Origin: Bradyrhizobiaceae bacterium
GTDB lineage: Bacteria; Pseudomonadota; Alphaproteobacteria; Rhizobiales; Xanthobacteraceae
NCBI GenBank assembly: GCA_003963435.1
Contig: RXJC01000024.1
Span: 6,356-70,355 of the forward strand
Reading direction: 5' to 3'
Length of the DNA: 64,000 bases
The notes beneath the pieces were generated by a model that was not told where the DNA came from, made no database searches, and saw only the letters and a program-made list of their open reading frames with translations. Position 1 is the first letter of the stretch. Each line of letters starts with the position of its first letter. The position numbers and the translations under genes are program-made. Positions 18,105 through 28,723 of this stretch are shown here, in pieces.

Positions 18105-18132
18105 TTGCGCGCGACCGTCAGTGTGCTATAGC
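18105..18132 (+). promoter_or_regulatory. Putative sigma70 promoter upstream of legB
   Basis: TTGCGC-N16-TATAGC (TGTGCTATA), about 47 bp before the ATG at 18179. Confidence 0.35.
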
Positions 18133-18178
18133 GCCATCTTGTTGCGAATATTGGCTTAATCGCCATTTGGGGTCCGGC

Positions 18179-19198
18179 ATGGCAGATCTGAGGGACGCCC
18201 GCGTCCTCGTTACCGGCAGCGATGGCTTCATCGGTTCGCATGTCGTCGAGGAACTGGTGAAGACCGGTGCCCGCGTCAAGGCGGTCGTCTACTACAACTC
18301 CTTCAATTCCTGGGGCTGGCTCGACACGATCCCGGCCGACGTGGTGAAGTCCGTCGAGGTCGTCGCCGGCGACATCCGTGACCCCCATTTCATGATCCAG
18401 GCCGCGAGCGGCTGTACCGACGTGTTGCATCTGGCGGCGCTGATCGCGATCCCGTTCTCCTATGTTGCGCCGGACTCCTATGTCGAGACCAACGTGCGCG
18501 GCACCGTGAACGTGCTCCAGGCCGCGCGCATGGCGGGCGTGCGGCGCTTCGTTCAGACCTCGACCAGCGAGGTCTACGGCACAGCGCAGACAATTCCGAT
18601 CAGGGAGAGCCATCCGCTGGTCGGGCAGTCGCCCTACTCGGCCTCGAAGATCGCCTCCGACCAGATGGCGCTGTCGTTCCAGGCTTCGTTCGGCATGCCG
18701 GTCGTGGTGATCCGCCCGTTCAACACCTATGGTCCCCGGCAATCGGCGCGCGCGGTGATCCCGACGATCATCAGCCAGATCGCGACAGGCAAGCGCAAGA
18801 TCCGCCTCGGCGCCGTCACTCCGACGCGCGACTTCTCGTTCGTCACCGACACGGCCCGCGGCCTGATCGCAGGCCTCACGGCGCCTGCGGAACAAGTCGT
18901 CGGCCAGACCATGAATCTCGGCAGCGGCTTCGAGATTTCGGTCGGCGCGACCGCGCAGATGATCGCCGAAATCATGAGGACTGAGATCGAAATCGAGACC
19001 GACGAAGCGCGACTGCGTCCCTCCAATAGCGAGGTCGAGCGGCTCTGGGCCGACAATTCCAAGGCACGCCAGCAGCTCGGCTGGAGCCCGGAATTCGGCG
19101 GCATCGAAGGCATGCGGCGCGGCATGGTCAAGACGGTGGACTGGTTCACCAATCCGGCAAACCTTCGCCGCTACAAGGCTGACGTGTACAATGTCTGA
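18179..19198 (+). CDS. legB: NDP-GlcNAc 4,6-dehydratase (legionaminic acid pathway)
   Basis: TGSDGFIGS, YNSFNSWGWLD, HLAALIAIPFSY, QSPYSASK, GPRQSARAVIP. Confidence 0.9.
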   Translation: MADLRDARVLVTGSDGFIGSHVVEELVKTGARVKAVVYYNSFNSWGWLDTIPADVVKSVEVVAGDIRDPHFMIQAASGCTDVLHLAALIAIPFSYVAPDSYVETNVRGTVNVLQAARMAGVRRFVQTSTSEVYGTAQTIPIRESHPLVGQSPYSASKIASDQMALSFQASFGMPVVVIRPFNTYGPRQSARAVIPTIISQIATGKRKIRLGAVTPTRDFSFVTDTARGLIAGLTAPAEQVVGQTMNLGSGFEISVGATAQMIAEIMRTEIEIETDEARLRPSNSEVERLWADNSKARQQLGWSPEFGGIEGMRRGMVKTVDWFTNPANLRRYKADVYNV

Positions 19199-20402
19199 GG
19201 CGACGGTGGACGCTCAAGTGACGAGGTCGGACTTCGACCAGAGGACCATCGTCGACGCCGTGCGGCGCGCGGTGGGAACGCCGAACGGCGTCCTCGGCCT
19301 GCACGAGCCCGTGTTCGCCGGCAACGAGATCGCCTATCTTGAAGAGTGCATCAAGAGCACCTTCGTCTCCTCGGTCGGCCCTTTCGTCGACCGGTTCGAG
19401 CGCATGCTCGAGAAGGTCACCGGCGCCAGGCGCGCGGTCGCCGTCGTCAATGGCACGGCCGCGCTGCATGCCTGCTTCGTCCTCGCCGGTGTCGAGCCCG
19501 GCGACGAGGTCATCTCGCCGGCGCTGACCTTCATCGCGACCACGAACGCGATCGCCTATTGCGGGGCGACGCCGCATTTCGTCGACAGCTCGCTCGAAAC
19601 GCTCGGCATGGACGCGCGCGCGCTCGCGACGCGGCTCGACGCGATCGCGCAGAAGACTGCGACAGGCACCATCAACCGAGAGACCGGCCGCCGCATCGCC
19701 GCGATCGCGCCGATGCACACCTTCGGGCACCCCGTCGAGCTCGACGAGATCGCCGCGATCGCGCGCGACTGGGGCATTGCCCTGGTGGAGGACGCCGCGG
19801 AATCGCTGGGATCCACCTACAAGGGCCACGCCGTCGGATCGCAGGCGCGGCTCGCCGCGCTGAGCTTCAACGGCAACAAGATCGTCACCACCGGCGGCGG
19901 CGGCGCCATCCTGACCAATGACGAGGAGCTGGGCCGCCGCGCCAAGCACCTGACGACGACCGCGAAGCTGCCGCACAAATGGGCCTTCGTCCACGACGAG
20001 ATCGGCTTCAACTACCGCCTGCCGAACCTGAACGCGGCGCTCGGTTGTGCCCAGCTTGAGCAGCTCGACGGCTTCCTGGCCAGCAAGCGCAAGCTGGCTG
20101 CAGCCTATCAGCGCGCCTTTGCGGACGTGCCCGGCGTGCGCTTCTCGCGCGAGCCAAAGGACACCACCAGCAATTACTGGCTGAATGCGATCCTGCTCGA
20201 CGAGGCAAATGCCGATCGGCGCGACGACGTCCTGGCCGCGCTCAACGACGCCGGCTTTGGCGCGCGCCCAGCCTGGACCCTGATGCACAAGCTGCCGATG
20301 TTCGCGCAAAGCCCGCGCGGCGACCTTTCCACCGCCGAATCCATCGAGCGCCGGCTGATCAACCTGCCCAGCAGCGCCAGCATCAGGTCCCGCGATGAAT
20401 AG
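19191..20402 (+). CDS. legC: PLP-dependent 4-aminotransferase (DegT family)
   Basis: LHEPVF..STFVSSVG, NGTAALH, EDAAESLGS, SFNGNKIVTTGGGG, YRLPNLNAALG. Confidence 0.9.
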   Translation: MSEATVDAQVTRSDFDQRTIVDAVRRAVGTPNGVLGLHEPVFAGNEIAYLEECIKSTFVSSVGPFVDRFERMLEKVTGARRAVAVVNGTAALHACFVLAGVEPGDEVISPALTFIATTNAIAYCGATPHFVDSSLETLGMDARALATRLDAIAQKTATGTINRETGRRIAAIAPMHTFGHPVELDEIAAIARDWGIALVEDAAESLGSTYKGHAVGSQARLAALSFNGNKIVTTGGGGAILTNDEELGRRAKHLTTTAKLPHKWAFVHDEIGFNYRLPNLNAALGCAQLEQLDGFLASKRKLAAAYQRAFADVPGVRFSREPKDTTSNYWLNAILLDEANADRRDDVLAALNDAGFGARPAWTLMHKLPMFAQSPRGDLSTAESIERRLINLPSSASIRSRDE

Positions 20403-21573
20403 CGGCGCGCGCAAGATCTGCTTCGTCACCGGCAGCCGCGCCGATTTCGGGCTGCTGGTCTGGCCGATGCGCGCAATCCAGGAAATGCCCGGCCTGACCC
20501 TTCAGCTCGTCGCCACCGGCATGCATTTCGCGCCGGAGTTCGGCTACACTTTCAACGCGATCCGCGACGAGGGGTTCGAGGTCGACGCGCGCGTCGAGAC
20601 GCTGCTGAGCAGCGACAGCGGCGCAGGCGTCGCCAAATCGGTCGGTCTCGGCGTCATCGGTTTTGCCGATACCTTCACGCGGCTGCAGCCGGATCTCGTC
20701 GTCGTGCTCGGCGACCGTTTTGAAATGTTTGCAGCCGCGCAGGCCGCAATGTTCATGCGGCTGCCGATGGCGCATCTGTTCGGCGGTGACGTCACCGAAG
20801 GCGCGGTCGACGAATCCACGCGCCACGCCATCAGCAAGATGTCGCACCTGCATTTCACCAGCAATCAGGACTCGGCGCGGCGATTGATGCAGCTTGGCGA
20901 GCACCCGTCCCGCATCCACACCATCGGCTCGGTCGGCATCGACGCCATCAAGCATCTCGATCTGATGGACCGCGACGCCATCGGCGGTGCGATCGGGATG
21001 CCGCTGGGCGAACGCTCTGCGCTCCTCACATTCCATCCCGTCACGGTCGAAGCCGGGCGCTCGGTGGCGGAGCTGGACGAATTGTTCGCAGCCTTGTCGA
21101 CGCTCGATCCCGCCTTTCGCCTCGTGTTCACGCTCGCCAACGCCGACGCCGAGGGCCGCGCCTTGAACGCCCGGATCGAGGCTTTCGCAGCCGGCCGGCC
21201 CAACACGATCGCGGTCGCCTCGCTCGGGCAGCTTCGTTATCTCAGCCTGATGAACCAGGTGGACGTCGTGATCGGCAACTCCTCGAGCGGCGTGCTCGAA
21301 GCACCTTCCTTCGGCGTTCCCACGGTCGATATCGGCGACCGTCAGAAGGGCCGCGCATGCGCAACCTCGGTGTTTCACGCAGCGCCCGAGCGTGGGGCCA
21401 TCTCCGCCGCCATCGCGGCGGCGCTCCAGCGCGGCCGTCAGGACACCGTCAACCCTTACGGCGACGGCGAATCCAGCCGGCGATTTGCCGAAATCGTCGC
21501 CGGCATCCCGGACTTCAGGCAGCTTCTGACCAAGGGGTTTTACGAGCTTCCGCCAAACGGGGGGAAGACATGA
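20395..21573 (+). CDS. neuC: Hydrolysing NDP-sugar 2-epimerase (NeuC/LegG)
   Basis: TGSRADFG, LGDRFE, RHAISKMSHLHF, GNSSSG. Confidence 0.9.
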   Translation: MNSGARKICFVTGSRADFGLLVWPMRAIQEMPGLTLQLVATGMHFAPEFGYTFNAIRDEGFEVDARVETLLSSDSGAGVAKSVGLGVIGFADTFTRLQPDLVVVLGDRFEMFAAAQAAMFMRLPMAHLFGGDVTEGAVDESTRHAISKMSHLHFTSNQDSARRLMQLGEHPSRIHTIGSVGIDAIKHLDLMDRDAIGGAIGMPLGERSALLTFHPVTVEAGRSVAELDELFAALSTLDPAFRLVFTLANADAEGRALNARIEAFAAGRPNTIAVASLGQLRYLSLMNQVDVVIGNSSSGVLEAPSFGVPTVDIGDRQKGRACATSVFHAAPERGAISAAIAAALQRGRQDTVNPYGDGESSRRFAEIVAGIPDFRQLLTKGFYELPPNGGKT

Positions 21574-22640
21574 CCATGCACACGCTGATCATCGCCGAAG
21601 CCGGCGTCAATCACGACGGAAGCCTGGACAAGGCGCTGGCCCTCGTCGATGCCGCTGCGGACGCAGGTGCCGACATCGTCAAATTCCAGACCTTCAATGC
21701 CAAGGCCTTGGCGGGTCGCGCGGCAAGGAAGGCCGAGTATCAGCAGCGTACGACGGCCAGCGATGAAAGCCAGCTGGCCATGCTGACGCGGCTCGAATTG
21801 CCGCAGGCCGCGCATCACACTTTGATCGAACGCGCCAGGGAGCGCGGCATCGAGTTCCTGTCGACGCCGTTCGACGACGCTTCGCTCGCCTTCCTGCTGT
21901 CGGTGAAACTGCCGCGCATCAAGATCGGATCGGGCGATCTCACCAATGCACCGTTGCTTCATGCGGCCGCGAAGGCCGGCGCGAAATTGATCCTGTCGAC
22001 GGGCATGGCAACGCTGGGCGAGATCGAGGAGGCGCTGGGTGTCCTCGCGCATGGCTACGGCCCGTCCGATGACCCACCCGGCATCGCCGCCTTCCGCGCG
22101 GCGTGGCGCGATCCGGCGGCGCGCACGGCGCTGGCACAGCACGTGAGCCTGCTTCATTGCACGACCGAATATCCCTGCCCCGTCGGCGACGTGAACCTCG
22201 CAGCGATGGCGACCATGCGATCCGCGTTCCAGCTTCCGGTCGGTTATTCCGATCACACCGATGGTTTCGAGGTTTCGGTGGCCGCCGTCGCGCTCGGCGC
22301 GACGATCATCGAGAAGCACCTGACGCTCGACCGCAACGCGCAAGGCCCCGATCACGCCGCCTCGCTTGAACCCGACGATTTCAAGCGCATGGTGGCCGCC
22401 ATTCGCAACGTCGAGCATGCGCTTGGCGATGGTGTGAAGGCTCCAAGAGAATCCGAGATCAGGAACGTTCCCGTGGCGCGCAAGAGCATCGTTGCGGCTC
22501 GTGCGCTGAAGGCCGGCGAGACCATCGGCCCCGCCGACATCACCGCCAAGCGGCCCGGCGCCGGCCGGCCGCCGATCGACTATTGGTCGCTGGTCGGAAC
22601 GGCCGCGCCACGCGCGCTCGAGCCGGACGACCCGATCTAA
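21570..22640 (+). CDS. neuB: Nonulosonate (legionaminate) synthase NeuB/LegI
   Basis: [36 protein letters not shown]-terminal SAF. Confidence 0.92.
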   Translation: MTMHTLIIAEAGVNHDGSLDKALALVDAAADAGADIVKFQTFNAKALAGRAARKAEYQQRTTASDESQLAMLTRLELPQAAHHTLIERARERGIEFLSTPFDDASLAFLLSVKLPRIKIGSGDLTNAPLLHAAAKAGAKLILSTGMATLGEIEEALGVLAHGYGPSDDPPGIAAFRAAWRDPAARTALAQHVSLLHCTTEYPCPVGDVNLAAMATMRSAFQLPVGYSDHTDGFEVSVAAVALGATIIEKHLTLDRNAQGPDHAASLEPDDFKRMVAAIRNVEHALGDGVKAPRESEIRNVPVARKSIVAARALKAGETIGPADITAKRPGAGRPPIDYWSLVGTAAPRALEPDDPI

Positions 22641-23248
22641 CTTCGAGGTTTTGCCGGGACGCCGCGCAGCACGGATCCCGGCTGGCATGAAGCGGTGACC
22701 ACCGATCCCATCGCGACCAGGGTGTCGTTGCCGATCGCGATGTGGTCCCTGACCCGGCTGCCGAGGCCGATGAAGCAGTTTTCGCCGATCGTCGTGCCTC
22801 CGCCGATCACGGTTCCCGGCGACAGGTGCGTGCAATCGCCGATCCGCACGTCATGCTCGACGACGGCAGCGGAATTGATGATGCAGTGATCGCCGACACG
22901 GCTTCGCGCATTGACGATCGCGCCCGGCATGATGACGGCGCCCGCACCGATCGAGGCTGACGGGGAGACGATCGCGCGCGGATGAATCACGGATGCCCAG
23001 CGCTTGACCTGGATGCGGCCGATCATCTGCCGGCGTGCGGGCCCCGCCTGCATCGATCCGATTCCCACCACGAAGGCAGCATCCGGATACTCTGACGCGG
23101 CCTCGTCGGCTCCGAGATAGCTGACGTCGGCGAGCGTTCCGGGCTGCCGATCGAGGAAGCCGACGACCTTGAACTGGCCGGACAGCAGCGCCGCCTCATA
23201 GACCATGAAGGCATGCTCGCCGCCGCCTATGATGATGAGATCGTCCAT
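22637..23248 (-). CDS. Hexapeptide-repeat sugar acetyltransferase (NeuD/PglD-like)
   Basis: [18 protein letters not shown], hexapeptide repeats, GVPAK. Confidence 0.88.
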   Translation of the reverse strand: MDDLIIIGGGEHAFMVYEAALLSGQFKVVGFLDRQPGTLADVSYLGADEAASEYPDAAFVVGIGSMQAGPARRQMIGRIQVKRWASVIHPRAIVSPSASIGAGAVIMPGAIVNARSRVGDHCIINSAAVVEHDVRIGDCTHLSPGTVIGGGTTIGENCFIGLGSRVRDHIAIGNDTLVAMGSVVTASCQPGSVLRGVPAKPRS

Positions 23249-23360
23249 CGCGATTCCCCTGCGCCGGGCAATCTTAACGGGGGACCGCGGGTCTTCAAAC
23301 CGTTGATTCGCGCTGGGAAACGCCGGGGTTCACGTGGCTGTTCAGGGGTTGCCGTTGGGG

Positions 23361-23390
23361 TTGACGCCGCCTCCCGCAGCCGCGATATAG
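23361..23390 (+). promoter_or_regulatory. Putative sigma70 promoter upstream of the CBS-nucleotidyltransferase operon
   Basis: TTGACG-N17-GATATA(G) in a divergent intergenic region. Confidence 0.4.
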
Positions 23391-23444
23391 CAGGCTCAGC
23401 CCTGGGCCGCCCCCCGATATCTGGCGTATACGAGGCAAATTGCC

Positions 23445-24494
23445 ATGAAATCCTGGCGTAAGGCCGTCGTTGGAACGCAGGCGACTGTGGGCGAGGCCAT
23501 TGCTGCCATCGAGAGCGGAAGCATTCAAATTGCGCTCGTGCTCGACGACCAGAATCGCCTGCTCGGCGTCGTCACCGACGGCGACGTGAGGCGTGGCCTG
23601 CTGCGGGGCGTACCGCTCTCCGGACTTGCGACCGACATCATGAACCGGGCGCCGGTATCGGCACCTGCCACCCTGCCGCGCGAGGATCGCCTGCAGCTGA
23701 TGCGGCAGAAGTCGATCAAGCAGCTCCCGCTTCTCGACGAGGGCGGCCATCTGGTCGTGGTCGAGACGCTCGACGAGCTGCTCGAACCGGCTCACTATCC
23801 GAACCCCGTCCTGATCATGGCAGGCGGCCTCGGCGAACGCCTGGGCGCGCTGACGCGCGACCTGCCGAAGCCGATGCTCAATGTCGGCGGCCGACCGCTG
23901 CTCGAGACCATCGTCCGCAACGTCGTCCAGCAGGGCTTTGGCAACATCTTCATTTCGGTCAACTACAAGGCCCAGACGATCAAGGACTACTTCGCCGATG
24001 GCGCCGCCTTCGGCGCCAACATCCAGTACGTCCACGAAACCGAACGGCTGGGGACTGCAGGCGCGCTCGGTCTCTTCAAGACGCCGCCGGCTCTGCCCAT
24101 GATCGTCACCAACGGCGACATTCTCACCACCATCAACTACGGGGCTCTCCTCGACTTCCACAACGCAACGCCGGCGGAAGCGACGATGGCGGTGCGCGAG
24201 CACAAGGTGCACGTGCCCTATGGCGTGGTGTCCACGTCGGACGGCTTTCTCGATGCCATCCGCGAGAAGCCGACCGAGAGCTGGTTCGTCAGTGCCGGCA
24301 TCTATGTGATCGGCCGGTCCGTCTTCAGTCACGTCACGCCCGGCATCAGCATCGACATGCCGACCGTGCTGGAGCGTGTGATCGCCGGCAAGGGACGGGT
24401 CGCGGTCTATCCCATTCGCGAATACTGGCTCGACATCGGCCGCCTGGAGGATTTCGAGCAGGCTCATGCGGAGTTTCACGAGGTCTTCCCGTGA
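23445..24494 (+). CDS. CBS-domain nucleotidyltransferase (PtmE/LgaF-like)
   Basis: CBS motif GVVTDGDVRRGLL. MAGGLGERL..PKPML, LGTAGAL, NGDILT, YWLDIG. Confidence 0.9.
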   Translation: MKSWRKAVVGTQATVGEAIAAIESGSIQIALVLDDQNRLLGVVTDGDVRRGLLRGVPLSGLATDIMNRAPVSAPATLPREDRLQLMRQKSIKQLPLLDEGGHLVVVETLDELLEPAHYPNPVLIMAGGLGERLGALTRDLPKPMLNVGGRPLLETIVRNVVQQGFGNIFISVNYKAQTIKDYFADGAAFGANIQYVHETERLGTAGALGLFKTPPALPMIVTNGDILTTINYGALLDFHNATPAEATMAVREHKVHVPYGVVSTSDGFLDAIREKPTESWFVSAGIYVIGRSVFSHVTPGISIDMPTVLERVIAGKGRVAVYPIREYWLDIGRLEDFEQAHAEFHEVFP

Positions 24495-25399
24495 CCTCGA
24501 CAAAAGCCGTCGTGGTTGGCCTCGGCTCGATCGGCACGAGGCATGCGCGCATCCTGCGCGAGCTTGGCCTGGAGGTCGCGACCGTCAGCCGCCGCGACGG
24601 CGGCGACTACGGATCGATCACGCAGGCCATGGCCGCTTCACATCCGGACTACGTGGTGGTCGCGACCGAGACTGCGCGCCATGCGGACGATCTGCAGGAG
24701 CTCGCACAGACCGGCTTCCATGGCAATGTTCTCGTCGAGAAGCCGCTGTTCGCGACACCGGCTGCGCCCCCGAAATATCCGTTTGCCCATGTCAGCGTCG
24801 GATACAATCTGCGCTTTCATCCCGTGATGACGGCTCTGGCCGAACGACTGCGCGGGCGCGACGTGATCACGGTCGCCGCCTATGTCGGCCAGGACATCAG
24901 GGAGTGGCGACCCGGCCGCGATCACCGCACGACCGCATCGGCTACGGTTGAGGCGGGAGGCGGCGTGCTGCGGGATCTCAGCCACGAACTGGATTATCTG
25001 CTGTGGCTGTTCGGGCCGTGGCACCGCGTCGCGGCGCTCGGCGGCGCGTCCGGCGCACGCGGCATCGACGTCGACGACCATCTCGACCTGTTGCTCGACA
25101 TGCAGCGGGCGCCGACGGTCCACGTCCACATGGACTATCTCGACCGGCAGGGCATCCGCCGCATCCGCGTCAATGTCGACGAGGACACTATCGAGGCCGA
25201 CCTCGTCGGCAGCCGTCTCACGGTCAACGGCAAGACGACGGAGATCCCCAGCGAGCGCGACCAGAGCTATCGCGACATGCATGTCGCGGCGATGCGGGGT
25301 GAAAGGCCGGCCTGCTCGCTGCCCGAGGCGCTCGGCGTCGTTCATCTGATCGACGCCAGCGAGCATGCGCTGCGCACCAAGACCTGGGTGTCGCCATGA
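24491..25399 (+). CDS. Gfo/Idh/MocA oxidoreductase (PtmF/ElaA-like)
   Basis: GLGSIG.RH, VEKPL, GYNLRF, GGGVLRDLSHELD. Confidence 0.87.
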   Translation: MTSTKAVVVGLGSIGTRHARILRELGLEVATVSRRDGGDYGSITQAMAASHPDYVVVATETARHADDLQELAQTGFHGNVLVEKPLFATPAAPPKYPFAHVSVGYNLRFHPVMTALAERLRGRDVITVAAYVGQDIREWRPGRDHRTTASATVEAGGGVLRDLSHELDYLLWLFGPWHRVAALGGASGARGIDVDDHLDLLLDMQRAPTVHVHMDYLDRQGIRRIRVNVDEDTIEADLVGSRLTVNGKTTEIPSERDQSYRDMHVAAMRGERPACSLPEALGVVHLIDASEHALRTKTWVSP

Positions 25400-26097
25400 G
25401 CCTGCTCTGCACCATCTGCGCGCGGGGCGGCTCGAAAGGTGTCGTCGGCAAGAATGCTCGCGATCTCCTCGGCAAGCCCGTGCTCGCATGGAGCATCGCA
25501 CAGGCGCGCGAGACCGGCCTGTTCGATGCGATCGCCTTCAGCAGCGATTCGGATGCGCTGCTCGAGGCGGCCCTGAACGCCGGCGCCGACATCGCGGTCA
25601 AGCGCCCCGACGAGATGGCGACCGACACCGCACCGAAGCTGCCTGCGATCCGCCACTGTCTCGAGCAGGCCATCGCGCACACCGGCAAGACGCCGGAGAT
25701 CTTCGTCGATCTCGACGTCACCTCGCCGCTCCGGCTCGCCTCCGACATCACCGGCGCGGTCGCCCTGCTGCGCGAGAGCGGCGCGCGCAACGTCATCACC
25801 GGCGCGCCGGCGCGACGCTCGCCCTATTTCAACCTGGTCGAGCAACGCACTGACGGCAGCGTCGGCCTCTCCAAATCCGCCGATCCTCCGATCACGCGCC
25901 GGCAGGATGCGCCGCGCTGCTTCGACATGAACGCGTCGATCTATGTCTGGCGCGTCGCGCCGTTCCTCGAGCAACCTGCAGTGTTCTATCCGGACACCCG
26001 CCTGTTCGAAATGCCGGAGGAACGCTCGATCGACATCGATTCCGATCTCGATTTTGCGTTGGTGGAACTGTTGCTGCGCCAACGACTGCAGGCCTGA
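25396..26097 (+). CDS. CMP-nonulosonate synthetase (PtmB/LegF/ElaB-like)
   Basis: TICARGGSKG..KN, DLDVTSPLR, RSPYFN, MNASIY, SIDID. Confidence 0.9.
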   Translation: MSLLCTICARGGSKGVVGKNARDLLGKPVLAWSIAQARETGLFDAIAFSSDSDALLEAALNAGADIAVKRPDEMATDTAPKLPAIRHCLEQAIAHTGKTPEIFVDLDVTSPLRLASDITGAVALLRESGARNVITGAPARRSPYFNLVEQRTDGSVGLSKSADPPITRRQDAPRCFDMNASIYVWRVAPFLEQPAVFYPDTRLFEMPEERSIDIDSDLDFALVELLLRQRLQA

Positions 26098-26110
26098 GGA
26101 GGCCAAAGCG

Positions 26111-26932
26111 ATGACCACGAGCTTCAAGGCTCTGTTCGACCTGACCGGCCGCACCGCCGTTGTGACCGGCGGATGCGGCATTCTCGGACGTCGCTTTGCC
26201 GAGGGTCTCGCCGAGTTTGGCGCCAACGTCGCGATCGTCGATCTCGACCAGGCCGCGGCCGATGCCGCCGCGGCCGACATCGCCTCGCGCCACCCTGTCC
26301 GCGCCAAGGGCTATGGCTGCGACATCACCGTATCGGGCTCCGTGCGCGGCACCGCCGATGCGCTCGAAGCCGATCTCGGCCCCGTCTCGATCCTGCTCAA
26401 CAACGCCGCGAGCAAGACCCGCGATGTCGATGCCTTCTTTGCACCCGTCGAGACATTCTCGCAGGATACCTGGCGCGAGATCATGGCCGTCAATCTCGAC
26501 GGCATGTTCAACGTCGCGCAGGTCTTTGGCGGCCGAATGGCCGAACGCGGTTACGGCGCTATCGTGCAGACCGCCTCGATCTACGGCCTGATGGCGCCCG
26601 ACCAGCGCATCTACGAAGGCTCCGAATATCTCGGGCGCGCCATCAACACGCCCGCGGTCTACACCGCCTCCAAGGCCGGCGTCATCGGGCTGACCAAGCA
26701 CCTGGCGACCTATTGGGCGGCGAAGGGCGTTCGGGTCAACACCCTCACCCCCGGCGGGGTCGAGAGCGGACAGAACGAGACCTTCAAGGCGCGCTATGGT
26801 GCCCGTGTCCCGCTCGGCCGCATGGCTCGCGCGGACGAGATGGTAGGGACCATGCTGTTCCTGGTGTCGGATGCCGCGTCCTACGTGACCGGCCAGAACA
26901 TCGCCGTCGACGGCGGCCTGAGCGCCTGGTAG
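26111..26932 (+). CDS. SDR oxidoreductase (PtmA/ElaC-like)
   Basis: TGGCGILG, NNAA, ASIYG, YTASKAG, PGG, GQNIAVDGG. Confidence 0.88.
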   Translation: MTTSFKALFDLTGRTAVVTGGCGILGRRFAEGLAEFGANVAIVDLDQAAADAAAADIASRHPVRAKGYGCDITVSGSVRGTADALEADLGPVSILLNNAASKTRDVDAFFAPVETFSQDTWREIMAVNLDGMFNVAQVFGGRMAERGYGAIVQTASIYGLMAPDQRIYEGSEYLGRAINTPAVYTASKAGVIGLTKHLATYWAAKGVRVNTLTPGGVESGQNETFKARYGARVPLGRMARADEMVGTMLFLVSDAASYVTGQNIAVDGGLSAW

Positions 26933-26942
26933 CACGAGCTCA

Positions 26943-28466
26943 ATGATCAAGCGCCTGATCCAGAACACGGTGATTTCGGCGCTTGCTTTCGGCGTGGCCG
27001 CCTTGCTGGGCCTTGCGGTCATTCCCCTGATCATCCGGACCTGGGGGGTGACCGAGTTCGGCCTCATCGTCATCTCGCGGCTGCTGCTTCCCAGCGGGAT
27101 GATGGCGGTGCTGGACCTCGGTCTGTCCGAGGTCGCCACCCAGGTCGTCGCGCGCGCGAGAGAGCACCGCAACTGGGCGCAGGCCGGCCGCCAAATCGCT
27201 TTCCTGGGAGTGGTCTCCGTCGTTCTCACCGTGATCCTGAGCGCAGCCATATGGCTCTCGACACCGCTGTTCGTCATCGCGATGAAGGTCGATGCCGCGC
27301 ATCTGGAGACCTTCACCCGGATCATGCACTATACTGCCCTGGCAAATCTGATCTTCGTTCCGGCGCTGGTGTGGGAAGGCATCGTCAAAGGCTTCGAGCG
27401 CTACAATCTGCTCCGTTTTGCCGAAATCACGTCGACGGCGGGCTATGTCGGCCTGACCTTCGCAGCCTCGTGGGCGGCGGCGGGCTTCGAAGTGGTCGCC
27501 TACATCTATCTCGCCACGCTGGTGGCTCGCGCCGTCGTCATTGGAATTGCCGCGTTCGTCGCCCTCAGGCACAAGAATGCGCGGTTGCTGCCTTGGACCC
27601 CGGAGATCCGGCAGGATATTCTGCATCGCTGCCTGCTGCTCCTGCAGGGCAAGCTGATGGGCGGCATTTCCGGTCCGCTTCAGCCCTTCCTGATCGGATT
27701 GCTGTTCGGGCCCAAGGCCGTCGGCACCTACGACGCGCTGGTTCGATTGTCGCGGGTTTCCAAAGTCGTTGTCAGCCTTCTGACGTCCGCTCTGCTTCCC
27801 GTCGCCAGCCGCCTCGACGAGCGCGGCAACGCGACGTCGTTCCAGCGCCTCGGCGATCTCGGCCTCGTCATGATGCCGATGTTCGTGGTACCGCCGCTTG
27901 CCGCGACCGCGCTCCTCTCACCGGAGATCATGAACATCTGGATCGGGCCCCTGCTCGCGCCCTATGCGTTCTGGATGGGCCTCAGCTTCCTGGTTCCGAT
28001 CTGCGCCCAATACGTCGCAATCGGCAGCCTGATCTTCCTGACGCGGCCGGAGGTGCAGGCCAGGCTCAACCGGCTGATGGCCGTTCAACTCCTGATCTGG
28101 GCGGTCGTCTCGGCCGCGACGTTGCATCTTTTCGCGGAACGCGCCCTGATTCTCGGCCAGGCGATCGGCAGCATCGTCATCCTGCCCCTGCAGCTTGGCG
28201 AGTTGCGCGGCGCGCTCGAGCTCGACCGCAATCGCTTTGCAAAGGCGATCGGAACCCAGCTCGCAATCCTTGCGCTGGCAAGCATTTCTCTAGCAGCAAT
28301 TGCAGGTTACATTCAGTTCGACAGCGTGCTAAAGCTCGCCCTTGGTTCCATGGTTTTCTGTCTGACCACCTGGACGCTTCAATACCTCCTCGTGCTCGAG
28401 AAGCGGCACCGGACTGTATTTCCAGCCATCGGACAATTGCTGGGACTGATATCCAAAAGCAGCTGA
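26943..28466 (+). CDS. wzx: Wzx-type oligosaccharide flippase
   Basis: 507 aa with about 12-14 TM segments. LDLGLS and G..AVGTY motifs. Operonic position. Confidence 0.8.
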   Translation: MIKRLIQNTVISALAFGVAALLGLAVIPLIIRTWGVTEFGLIVISRLLLPSGMMAVLDLGLSEVATQVVARAREHRNWAQAGRQIAFLGVVSVVLTVILSAAIWLSTPLFVIAMKVDAAHLETFTRIMHYTALANLIFVPALVWEGIVKGFERYNLLRFAEITSTAGYVGLTFAASWAAAGFEVVAYIYLATLVARAVVIGIAAFVALRHKNARLLPWTPEIRQDILHRCLLLLQGKLMGGISGPLQPFLIGLLFGPKAVGTYDALVRLSRVSKVVVSLLTSALLPVASRLDERGNATSFQRLGDLGLVMMPMFVVPPLAATALLSPEIMNIWIGPLLAPYAFWMGLSFLVPICAQYVAIGSLIFLTRPEVQARLNRLMAVQLLIWAVVSAATLHLFAERALILGQAIGSIVILPLQLGELRGALELDRNRFAKAIGTQLAILALASISLAAIAGYIQFDSVLKLALGSMVFCLTTWTLQYLLVLEKRHRTVFPAIGQLLGLISKSS

Positions 28467-28723
28467 ATGAACATCCACGCGACAGACACGAAAGCCGCCT
28501 CCACAGGTTTCGCTCCGGCGTTGTCGTCGGACAGGGCGACGACTTATGCGTTGGGCGCGATCAGGAGCAGCCGGGGTCTTTGCAGGGTCGGCGACCAGAC
28601 CCAGCTGTTCTCGAGGCTCGACGATCACAAGCGACTGGGCCGTTTCCGCGCCTTGCCGCGAGAACCGATGCCGTTCGCGACGACGATTCACAATGATGGT
28701 TTTTTGTATTGCTGGGAGCCCAC

